The notes under the pieces are model-generated. The model was given only the letters and a program-made list of their open reading frames with translations. It was not told the DNA's origin and searched no databases. The position numbers and the translations under genes are program-made. A stretch of 63,912 nucleotides of DNA, the filler included, from Chiloscyllium plagiosum (Eukaryota), in assembly GCF_004010195.1 (NCBI RefSeq). It is 4 parts of one record of this genome, joined end to end, with 100 filler letters (N's around TTAATTAATTAA, not from the genome) between each part and the next. Parts side by side here need not be neighbours in the genome. Positions count along the whole stretch, not along the records: positions 34,378 to 57,751 come from NC_057712.1; 3 more parts are not named here. One strand, 5' to 3'. Of the stretch, positions 38,519 to 49,744 are shown piece after piece; positions within the stretch are counted from its first letter, which is position 1; the number at the start of each line of letters is the position of its first letter.

Positions 38519-38725
38519 TTTGGAGATGCTGGTGTTGGACTGGGGTGTACAAAGTTAAAAATCACACAACACCAGGTTATAGTCCAACAGGTTTAATTGG
38601 AAGCACACTAGTTTTCGGAGCGACGCTCCTTCATCAGGTGATAGTCACCTGATGAAGGAGCGTCGCTCCGAAAGCTAGTGTGCTTCCAATTAAACCTGTT
38701 GGACTATAACCTGGTGTTGTGTGAT
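38519..38725. mobile_element. Near-perfect fold-back PLE family B pLTR insert with a perfect 14-bp TSD
   Basis: ~83-bp inverted arms around the loop TAG (38642-38644). TSD ttctataatgctga at 38505-38518 and 38726-38739. Confidence 0.93.
38646..38680 (+). ncRNA. Minimal type I hammerhead ribozyme-like motif (PLE family B)
   Basis: CAC-CTGATGA-A-GGAGC-GTC-GCTCC-GAA-AGCT-A/GTG: core, stem II, palindromic AGCT and a CAC/GTG stem I. Activity is untested. Confidence 0.6.
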
Positions 38726-40797
38726 TTCTATAATGCTGAATAGGTTAGATTCTGCTTTTATGTGAGATCATTCACTTTTCCTGAGATTTGCCAGTGCTTT
38801 GGTGAGGGAACTGGTGTGGATTCTGCAAATCCATCAAGTTTACTGTGAAAAACCACAAATCATTGGTCCTGGCCATGTTACAGACTGTGTTATCTAATGG
38901 CAGAACAATAAATTAGCAGGAGCTTCTGCAACAAAACTGCTGATATCGCCAGTGAAAGTGAAAGCCACTGGCTGTCGGCTGATCGAGAAGTATGGAAGGA
39001 AGCAGATTCTCATATCCACTAATAGAGAAGGCTAACTCAAGCAAAAGTAATGAAATAAATATAAAGTGAAAATACCAAAATTTCTGAAGATGAATTCTAT
39101 TGTCTGCCGCAACATGACTGATAATACACTCGAGGTGGCCCGAACTAATGTATTTGAATACTGACCAATAGGTTTTATATTTATCTTCACGAATATTCTT
39201 AGAGCAGACAAATAGAATTTAAAGGGTATGGCACAATTTGATCAAAAAGGGGTTTCTGCATTCTCAAAGGAAAGTGCTGACTAAATGTTGATATAAACAT
39301 TTTAGCTGTACACTTTTGTGGTCTTGGAGAGAACTTTATGTAGGTTACTGCTGCAAACCTGTCAAAAATGATAGGCAATTTCCCTTGTTCAATCTAGAGA
39401 CCAAGGACTGTTAGTGCGATGGCTTGCTTCTGAACGTCAACTAATGTGACCTATTAAAGTGTAATACAATGGCCTGAAATGTAAGAAATGTGGAGTCAAT
39501 TTATGTTGCAATCCAAAAAAGAAATCCATTCAGTACTTTAGATATTATTGTTTTACAATAAAATAACACTTAGTGAATGCTTAATTTCACATTCCTGTGT
39601 AATTTTGAGAAAGAAATGGAAATAGAATTAACTGTACTATTCAATGTCATATAATTGAGACTGATGGTTATCCAGGCATCCCGAAGCTTAACATTATTAG
39701 AACTGACAGATTTGCCTTTCGTCTGTGAGGTGCTCTACACTATTCAATGCCAAGGTAATCACTTATTAGAGCAAACACGTGACCATGCAAAGTGCGTGGC
39801 TAGGGAGAGGGAATGTTTTTGCAGTTCTCAGACAGTCTCTGTGGCAATGATTCTAATGGAACAGTGCCATTTCTCCAGATTGTTTGTACTGTTCTCTAGA
39901 TCTGTTTTCTTTTTATATTATAACAGTCTGCTATTTCCAGCAAAGTGGCAAATAATATGCTGATAGATCTCTGATTGAGGACTGAGGGAACAGGAGTAAT
40001 GGTGGATGCAGATGGTTGACTGCTGTGATCAAGGAATTTAACATAAGTCACAAACCAAAACAAATTGTAGGAAGTAGAACTTTGATTTTAATGAAACTAA
40101 TTATTAGGGTTTGAAGGTGAGAGGTGTGACAGCCTGGGAAAATTGTAATCTTAATTCTTTATCCACAACTAGTAGATAACACCATAAGAACTCAGCCCGT
40201 CAAGTTTGATCATGGTTAACATGTTTCGCAATTCCATTCTCCTGACATCTCCTTTTACCAAAAGGCTAAACTTATGGTACACAGAGATCATAATTCTTGA
40301 AATCCTTAAAATTTCCTTAGAATTGTATAGTAATTTGTTGTCATCTGAATTTTACCTGCTAGAGTAATTTTTAAAAATTTAATGCCTGTTTTGAAAGCCA
40401 TATCTTAAGCATACTGGTTTTAGTCACTGCTTCCAAAGAGTGCAGTTTACATTGAATTATAGTAACATAAAAGTTTACAAGGATGTGTTTAACCATGGGT
40501 TTCAGAGAGCATGGAAATCCACACTTGTGTAATATAAGTGCATTCTGGATGTTATCTGAACTGTTGGTTTCCCTCAAAGTGTCTCCTCCCATAAGGTTGC
40601 TAATTTTACACAATGTGTATGTAAAAAAACTAAGGGCACTGCTGAATACAATCAATAACGAAGAGGGGGTAACAAAAACAAGAATCATTCAAAGCTATTC
40701 TTTTGTGCCATCAGTCAACTACAGAGACATACCGGTGGACCTCTGGATCTTCAACTTGACTTTGCAAACTATACTCCAATCTAATAAAGCTCCATAA

Positions 40798-41851
40798 GGA
40801 CTGGAGAGAGGCAAATGTAATTCCTCTCTTCAAGAAAAGAAATAGGGAAATCCCCGGCAATTACAGACCAGTAAGTCTCACGTTTGTCGTCTGCAAGATG
40901 TTAGAAAGGATTCTGAGGGATAGGATTTATGACCATCTGGAAGAGCATGGCTTGATTAAATGCAGTCAACACGGCTTTGTGAGAGGCAGGTCATGCCTCA
41001 CAAACCTTATCGAGTTCTTTGAGGATGTGACTAGAAAAGTTGATGAGAGTCGAGCAGTGGATGTGGTGTATATGGACTTCAGCAAGGCATTTGNNNNNNN
41101 NNNNNNNNNNNNNNNNNNNNNNNNNNNNNNNNNNNNNNNNNNNNNNNNNNNNNNNNNNNNNNNNNNNNNNNNNNNNNNNNNNNNNNNNNNNNNNNNNNNN
41201 NNNNNNNNNNNNNNNNNNNNNNNNNNNNNNNNNNNNNNNNNNNNNNNNNNNNNNNNNNNNNNNNNNNNNNNNNNNNNNNNNNNNNNNNNNNNNNNNNNNN
41301 NNNNNNNNNNNNNNNNNNNNNNNNNNNNNNNNNNNNNNNNNNNNNNNNNNNNNNNNNNNNNNNNNNNNNNNNNNNNNNNNNNNNNNNNNNNNNNNNNNNN
41401 NNNNNNNNNNNNNNNNNNNNNNNNNNNNNNNNNNNNNNNNNNNNNNNNNNNNNNNNNNNNNNNNNNNNNNNNNNNNNNNNNNNNNNNNNNNNNNNNNNNN
41501 NNNNNNNNNNNNNNNNNNNNNNNNNNNNNNNNNNNNNNNNNNNNNNNNNNNNNNNNNNNNNNNNNNNNNNNNNNNNNNNNNNNNNNNNNNNNNNNNNNTC
41601 ATAGTTTTAAGCTGGTTGGAGGAAAGTATAGAGGGGATGTCAAAGGCGGGTTCTTTACACAGAGAGTTGTGAAGCATGGAATGCGTTGCCAGCAGCAGTT
41701 GTGGAAGCAGGGTCATTAGGGACATTTAAGAGACTCCTCGACATACATATGGTCACAGAAATTTGAGGGTGACATGAGGATCAGTGGTCGGCACAACATC
41801 GTGGGCTGAAGGGCCTGTTATGTGCTGTACTGTTTATGTTCTATGTTCTAT
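40798..41851 (+). mobile_element. CR1/HER1 fragment spanning an N gap
   Basis: Encodes QHGFVRGRSCLTNLIEFFE..VDVVYMDFSKAF; the tail is atgttctatgttctat. Confidence 0.9.
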
Positions 41852-43970
41852 ATTGAGAGCTGAATTTATTCCATGCTGCACATAGTCTGCAATTGAAGAG
41901 AGGTAATCTAGGAAAAAAGGCTCTTGTAGTAATTGTAATGGACCTACAGAGAAATTCATTTCCAGATGATAAAAGTTTCACTTCTTAGATACTTTTAATG
42001 TTCTGAGAGTTTTGCACATCTCGGCCTCCATTCTTCTTTGTTCATCCTTTAAGACAGTTCTTGGCTGAGCTTTTGCTCATCTGTGCTAATGTTGCCTGAT
42101 ATGGCTTAATGTCAAATGGTCCTTTCATTATACTCCTCTGAAGACTTTTGGGATGTTGTAATACACTAAAGATAAGATTATAACAAAATATTGTTTAAAA
42201 CTTGCTTTGGTTAGAGATTCTCTATTGTAAGTAGTTTGAAATGTGAAATTGGGCTCTCTGATTTGATGCCTGGTGCTAACACGTTCAGTTCTGCTAACCA
42301 AGTAATGCATTCTTTACAGAATGGAATGTTTTATTTTGTGAAATCATATCAAATAGTTGTCAAAGAATACAAGCCAGCAGACTTTGAGCTAATTGGGCAG
42401 CAATATTTTGGCAGGCATAACAAAGGCTTTTTATTTATACTTCACCACCATTTCAAATGCTGTTTGGATAATAAAAATGCTTGGCAAGAGCATGTGTCCA
42501 GCAAAATGTAAGGAAACCTAGTCTGTGGCAGAATGACACAAAACTGTAATCCTGATGTTTGATGGCTGATGAAATGGAAGTAGTTTGCAGTGAAGTAATA
42601 GCGAGTGGACTGGTATTCCTTGTCACATAAGGGATTATTCCTTAGAGAGTAACATTCCTCAAAGGAGGAAGAAGACATGTACACTTTCAGTTTCTGGTAG
42701 TGCTGCACATCCAGTGAGTGTTGATTGGAGTTTCTTTTGCAGCATGTGGAACAGTTCCACATCTAACTATATATAATTGTCAGAAACTAATATAGCTAGT
42801 TGCATGCTATAATTTCCTAGTAACTGTTCTGCTTACCAATGTGGATGAGATGGTACCAGCAAATGGGTATTGCTCACCCCTAGTGCAACCTGCCATTGTG
42901 GAATCACTCTACTGTTCTCCAAAAAGTGTAAGTCAGACAGGGTTTCCATTCAAATACGTTATGGATTGACAAGCAAAGTGGCAAAGACTGATTTGTTTTT
43001 GCCTCCTGACAAACTAAATAATGAAAAAAAGACCATTTGAATGAAATTTACCATAAATAGCACATTTTTGTAGTCCAGCATCCCCATTTTTACGTGGTGG
43101 ATGATGAATCAAGCTGCAGAGTGCTGTAGGCATTAGAAATTGTTACGTTATATAAATAACATGACTACCAAATCTAAATTTTCTTGTCTTTGTAACGACA
43201 TTGGTCATGAAATTCTGTGTTCTTTTTCCTGGTTTCTGTTAACAGTCAGCACAAATGCTGTTTTCCTGGCCATTTTATCTATCTCTCATTAAAGTTGTAG
43301 TGTGGCAGAGAGAATTCCTGCATATTTAAGAGCCTACTGCAAGCAAATATCACAGTATGCCCTACTTGTAATGTGCAATGTTGTTAACCACAAGCAGCAG
43401 GCCAATTGTGTTAAGTGACACCATAATATAGTAGCAATGAAGCAATGTGATACACTTGGAGATATTGAATAGCACAGCCATACAGATAGCCTCATCTGGC
43501 TGTCGGGATGGTTTGGTCATGGAAAATTTCATGTGCGGATTTAAAAGGCTTGATGCAGAGCAATTGCAATCTTTACTACAACTGCCTCATCTATTTGTTA
43601 ATAATTGTCCCAGAATCAATACCAATGCTAAGAATCTCATCACTCCACTTCCAATACCATTTTGATTTAGCCCAGTAGCCCTCTCCCTATATCTCCTTCA
43701 CTTTTGGGAATCTGCATTGTTCTTAACAGGCTTCGTATGTAAATTAGTCAGTTTGAAAACAGCGGTGATTTAATGGTGGTAATTATGAAAAAATACAGTG
43801 TGTGATTTGATGTTGGGAAACAATCGTTCAGTTGTGTGTAAGAGGACCTATGGATTTTATTTAAATCAAAAGAATCACATCATTAAGGTAATCATATTTC
43901 AAGTTTTGAAAAGCAATTCAAGAAAGAATCAACAAACACCTCAACACTGATTTTCAACAATAAATAGATA

Positions 43971-44255
43971 GGGTGGCCGTTGGCTCAGTGGTTACCACTG
44001 GTACCTCAGTGCCAGGGGTCTAGGTCTGATTCAGCCTTGGGCAACGATCTGTATGGAGTTTGAATATCCTCCCAATGTCTGTGTGGTTCCCTCTGGTTGC
44101 TCCTCCCACAGTCCAGAGAAATGCATTTTACGTGGATTGGCCATGGGAAATGCAGGGTTACAGTGTAAGGGGGGTGGGAGGTGGGATGCTCTTTGAATGG
44201 TCGATGTGGGCTTGAAGCTGAATGGCCTGCTTCCATCCTGTAGGGATTCTATGAA
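43971..44255 (+). mobile_element. HE1-type V-SINE (older copy)
   Basis: tggctcagtggttaccactg head, ctctggttgctcctcccacagtcc core and a CR1-like tail. Confidence 0.8.
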
Positions 44256-45196
44256 ACAGAGTCCCTAAGATGTCAGCAACCATCTGTGCAAGCAAGCCTG
44301 TTTGTGTGTCTGACTAAACTAGTCACAGCAAATAACAACGAATAAAATGAAACTAATGCAATGCAAAATGCTTACCAGTGAAATTTACTTTTGAAAAATA
44401 CCCGTGCCACCAAGTTTGTGCTTTCAAGTTGTTGTGACCAGTTGAGGAGGGATGAATCAGCTCATGTCTCTTCAACCCCCTTGGTGGCTGCAATAAAGAT
44501 GTACTGTTCCTTTTTAGCTCACAGCTATATATCACTGCAAGTAAAATGTGGTGAATTAATTCACCAAGAATAAAATAAGGAGTCAATACAACATTTTCTT
44601 GAGTGCTTACTTATTACTTGCTAACCGATGAGGGAAAATAACAAATGGCATTAGCTACACATAAAAACACAGGTAAAAAGTTTCAAAAGAAAATGTTATT
44701 CAGTGCAAACAGGAAGATAAGAGTATGCAATTCTTTGAGTGTCCTTGACATATTAGGTTTTAACCTGAGATCATGGTTCGTTAACACTGCCCTGGATCAG
44801 TGAAAGTGAGAACATTGCAGATATTTTGAGTTCTCTGTGTTCAGATTGATATATCTCCCATTTGTGTTGTCGATGGTTGGTATCTTCAACCTGAGTGAGA
44901 GCAGAAGGAGAGAGAGAGAGAGAAAGAGAATCTTCCAATTCTGGAGTTGTATTATAAATCTATGTTAGAACATAGAACATAGAACAATAAAGTGCAGAAC
45001 GGGCCCTTCTGCCCTTGATATTGCTTCCATTTCCAATGCTCTGCCAAATCAGTTACTTGATACACTGGTCATCCATTTATTACTGTGTCTGGGGTTCTTG
45101 TTTCTAAGCTGGATCATTGCGGGTAAGCTTTTCATCTCCAAGTGTATGATATTTATCATACAGATAGGTATGATACCAGTCTGGTTAATTGCAGTT

Positions 45197-45952
45197 ATAG
45201 AGTCATAGTGATGTACACCATGGAAACATATCCTTTGGTCCAACTTGTCCATGCTGACCAGATATCCTAAATAAATCTAGTCACATTTGCCAGCATTTGG
45301 CCAAACCATTCCTATTCATATACCCATCCAGATGCCTTTTAAATGTAATGATTTTACCAGTCTCCACTACTTCCTCTAGCAGCTTGTTCCTTTCACACAC
45401 CATGCTCTGCGTGATAAAGTTGCCCATTAAATCTTTCCCCTCTCACCTTAAACCTATGCCCTTTAGTTTTGGACTCTCCTACCTTGGGGAAAAGACCTTG
45501 ATTATTCACCCTATCCATGCCCTGAATGATGTTATAAACCTCCATAACGTCACCCCTCAGCCTCCAACGTTCCAGGGGAAAATAGACCCAGTCTACTCAG
45601 CCTCTCCTTATAACAGAAATCTTCCAAATCTGGCACCATCCTTATAAATCTTTTTTGAGCCCCTTTAAGTTTAACAACATCTTTCCTGTAGCAGGGAGAC
45701 CAGAATTGAACACAGTTTTCCAAATGTGACCTAACCAATGTTCTGTACAGCCACAACATGACCTCCTTAATCTATACTCAATGCACTGACCAATAAAGGC
45801 AAGCATACCAAATGCCTTCTTCACTATTCTGTCTACATGCGGCTCCTTTTTCAAGGAACTATGACCCTGCACTCCAAGGTCTCTTTGTTCAATAACACTC
45901 TCATTACTATTAAGTGTATCAGTCCTGCCCTGATTTGCGCTAGCAAAATGTA
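45197..45952 (-). mobile_element. CR1/HER1 3' fragment (another short tail lies at ~44965-45025)
   Basis: ORF reads LYRTLVRSHLENCVQFWSPCYRKDVVKL. Confidence 0.9.
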
Positions 45953-48836
45953 GATCGGAGAATTTCATGTATTCCACTTTGGTTTCACATAAAGCTTTAC
46001 ATTTTAATTGTATTAATGTGGGAAAAAGCAAAAAGAATGTTGAAGTGGTATAATGTTCCAGTTGCATTGTTAAGAACAGCTCACAGTTGAGAAAATCCCA
46101 CTTGGATAGAGGGAGAGAGAGAGAGAGAGAAGGATGCTTGAGCAATAAGACAGGAAACCGCAAAGGTCTTTTCATTTGTGAAAGTAAGACAATTCCTAAG
46201 AAGCAGTCTGGAATTTTCCAGCAAAAAAGAGAACTTTCCTTCTGAAGGGGGAGGTTTAAATGGATATTACAGACTGGGACAACAGTATCATGTGAAGAAA
46301 ACATCTGGTCCAATCTTGGGTAAGTGTTTTATTGGGAAGTAGGGAGTTAGTTGATAACTTGTAACTCCAGCAGTGAAACACCTGGGGCTCTCAACTGGAG
46401 GAACTCAGTTAATTTCCCAGCCTTGACTCAGGTTCTAAACCACCAGTCTTCGATGGATTTATTTCACCAGTTCCTGATTATAATTACCTGACTAATGCAG
46501 GCTAAATGCTTTTGGCTGCATGTTTACTGCTAATGAAGGTGAGTGATGACAGTGTTGGAGAATGGATGTTTCTTTTCCTTGTTTTCAGCTGCTGATAGCA
46601 TTAAAGTCCGCATGGACTATGTTTTCCGGCCACCCCTGCATTTTTCTAGCATTCCCAGTGAAAGAACAGCGTACACTGCCAAATACCTGATCAGTTTAGT
46701 CATATTCCCAGCAGACAGACATAATGTCAATGATCAACATTAGCAGCATTTATTGCACCAATTTCTTGATCATGCAACAGAATTCAGATATCCAGAACTG
46801 AAGATCAGAAATTTTGAGGAAACTGCGATACCCATTCAACACAACCTAATTACTGAAAGACAGCTGTCAGAATGTTAGAGGTTTGTCTGACTGCATTAAT
46901 ATTTAATATATTATTGAGTAAAGTATTAGCCTGAAATGTTGAAATAACTGTTTCTGATGTTGCCAGATTATTCAGCACTAGATAATCATATCACATATTT
47001 GCAGCCAATTCCAATGTGATAGTTAAGGTGGTATTTAGTATGTATTAATAGCTGGGAGCATAAATCAATAATTAAACACTAATCAAAAGCAATTAGTAGA
47101 GTGTAGATCTAATTTGAATGAATATAGCTGGCCTTAATGTGCTTTCTGAGCAATCTGAATTTAAGCACTTAAGCCAAAATGCATGGAGGATCTAATTCTT
47201 TGCGCTGTTACAGCTCGAAGATAGCAAATAACATGTTGCCTTAATATGCATCAGCTGAGAGACCTTTTAACTTTATTAGAGTCATAAAGATGTACGGACA
47301 GAAACAGACCCTTCGGTCCAACTTGTCCATGCCAACCAGATATCCGAACCAAATCTAGTCCCACTTGCCAGCACCCAGCACATATCCCTCCAAACTCTTC
47401 CTATTCATATACTCATCCAGGTGCCCTTTAAATGTTGCAATCGTACTAGCCTCCATCACTTCCTCTGGCAGCTTATTCCATACACATACCACCCTCTGCA
47501 TGAAAAAGTTGCCTCTAAGGTCTCTTTTATATCTTTCCCCTCTCACCCTAAATCTATACCCTCTAGTTCTGGACTCCTCCACCCCAGGGAAAAGACTTTG
47601 TCTATTTATCCTATCCATACCACTCATGATTTTATAAACCTCTATATGGTTATCCCTCAGCCTCCGACACTCCAGGGAAAACAGCCCCAGCCTATTCAAC
47701 CTCTCCCTAAATCTCAAATCCTCAAACCCTGACAACATCCTTGTAAAACTTTTCTGAACCCTTTCAACTTTCACAACATCCTTCCAATAGGAAGGAGACC
47801 AGAATTGCATGCAATATTCTAAAAGTGGGCTTACTAATGCCCTATACAACCGCAACATGACCTCCCAACACCTGTACTCAATATTCTGACCAATAAAGGA
47901 AAGCATACTTATCTACTATCCTATCTTCTTTATCCTATCTACCTGTGACTCCACTTTCAAGGAGCTATGAATGTGCATTCCAAGGTCTCTTTGTTCAGCA
48001 ACATTCCCCAGGACTTTGCCATTAAGTGTATAAGTCCTGCTAAGATTTGCTTTCCCAAAATACAGCATCTCACATTTATCTAAATTAAACTCCATCTGCC
48101 ACACCTCAGCCCATTGGCCCATCTGATCAAGATCCCGTTGTAATCTGAGGTAACCTTCTTCACTGTCCACTACACCTCCAAATTTGGTGTCATCTGCAAA
48201 CTTATTAACAGTACCTCTTATGTTCACATCCAAATCATTTATAAAAATGACGAGAAGTATTGGAACCAGCACCGATCCTTGCGGCACTCCACTGGTCACA
48301 GGCCTCCAATCTGAAAAACAACCCTCTACCACCCTCTGTCTTCTATCTTTGAGCCAGTTCTGTATCCAAATGGTTAGTTCTCCCTGTATTCCATGAGATC
48401 TAACCTTGCTAATCAGTCTCCCATGGGGAACCTTGTTGAACGTCTTACTGAAGTCCATATAGATCACGTCCACCACTATCTCTCATCAATCCTCTTTGTT
48501 ACTTCTTCAAAAAAATCAATCAAGTTTGTGAGACATGATTTCCCACACACTAAGCCAAGTTGACTATCCCTAATCAGTTCTTACCTTTCCGAATGCATGT
48601 ACATCCAGTCCTTCAGGATTCCCTCCAACAACTTGCCCACTACCAATGTTAGGATCTCTGGTCTATAGTTCCCTGGCTTGTCCTTACCACCCTTCTTAAA
48701 CAGTGGTACCACATTAGCCAACCTCCAGTCTTCTGGCACCTCACCTGTGACTATCAATGATACAAATATCTCAGCAAGAGGCCCAGCAATCACTTCTCTA
48801 GCTTCCCACAGAGTTCTCAGGTACACCTGATCAGGT

Positions 48837-49744
48837 TCTGGATCAGTGGTGCTGGAAGAGCACAGCAATTCAGGCAGCATCCAACGAGCAGCAAAATCGA
48901 TGTTTCNNNNNNNNNNNNNNNNNNNNNNNNNNNNNNNNNNNNNNNNNNNNNNNNNNNNNNNNNNNNNNNNNNNNNNNNNNNNNNNNNNNNNNNNNNNNNN
49001 NNNNNNNNNNNNNNNNNNNNNNNNNNNNNNNNNNNNNNNNNNNNNNNNNNNNNNNNNNNNNNNNNNNNNNNNNNNNNNNNNNNNNNNNNNNNNNNNNNNN
49101 NNNNNNNNNNNNNNNNNNNNNNNNNNNNNNNNNNNNNNNNNNNNNNNNNNNNNNNNNNNNNNNNNNNNNNNNNNNNNNNNNNNNNNNNNNNNNNNNNNNN
49201 NNNNNNNNNNNNNNNNNNNNNNNNNNNNNNNNNNNNNNNNNNNNNNNNNNNNNNNNNNNNNNNNNNNNNNNNNNNNNNNNNNNNNNNNNNNNNNNNNNNN
49301 NNNNNNNNNNNNNNNNNNNNNNNNNNNNNNNNNNNNNNNNNNNNNNNNNNNNNNNNNNNNNNNNNNNNNNNNNNNNNNNNNNNNNNNNNNNNNNNNNNNN
49401 NNNNNNNNNNNNNNNNNNNNNNNNNNNNNNNNNNNNNNNNNNNNNNNNNNNNNNNNNNNNNNNNNNNNNNNNNNNNNNNNNNNNNNNNNNNNNNNNNNNN
49501 NNNNNNNNNNNNNNNNNNNNNNNNNNNNNNNNNNNNNNNNNNNNNNNNNNNNNNNNNNNNNCCACCCTCACCCTCCCCTAGCTTATCTCTCCATGCTTCA
49601 GGCTCTCTGCCTTTATTCCTGATGAAGGGCTTTTGCCCGAAACGTCGATTTTGCTGCTCGTCGGATGCTGCCTGAATTGCTGTGCTCTTCCAGCACCACT
49701 GATCCAGAATCTGGTTTCCAGCATTTGCAGTCATTGCTTTTACC
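48837..49744. mobile_element. PLE family A insert with inverted pLTR termini (gapped middle) and a perfect 15-bp TSD
   Basis: TSD tacacctgatcaggt at 48822-48836 and 49745-49759. The left end is the reverse complement of the right pLTR. Confidence 0.9.
49615..49650 (+). ncRNA. Minimal type I hammerhead ribozyme-like motif (PLE family A)
   Basis: ATTC-CTGATGA-A-GGGC-TTTT-GCCC-GAA-ACGT-C/GATT. The same motif occurs at ~11000, 12014(-), 22933(-), 25562, 26226(-), 34103(-), 36173 and 56494(-). Confidence 0.6.

Noticed and set aside
38950..38965. ISRE/IRF-like GAAAGTGAAA motif
   Set aside because: A short isolated motif with no promoter context; expected by chance.
40898..49734. Long ORFs of 200-300 aa in the ORF track at ~40.9-41.7 kb and ~48.8-49.7 kb
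   Set aside because: They read through N gaps and are not real ORFs.
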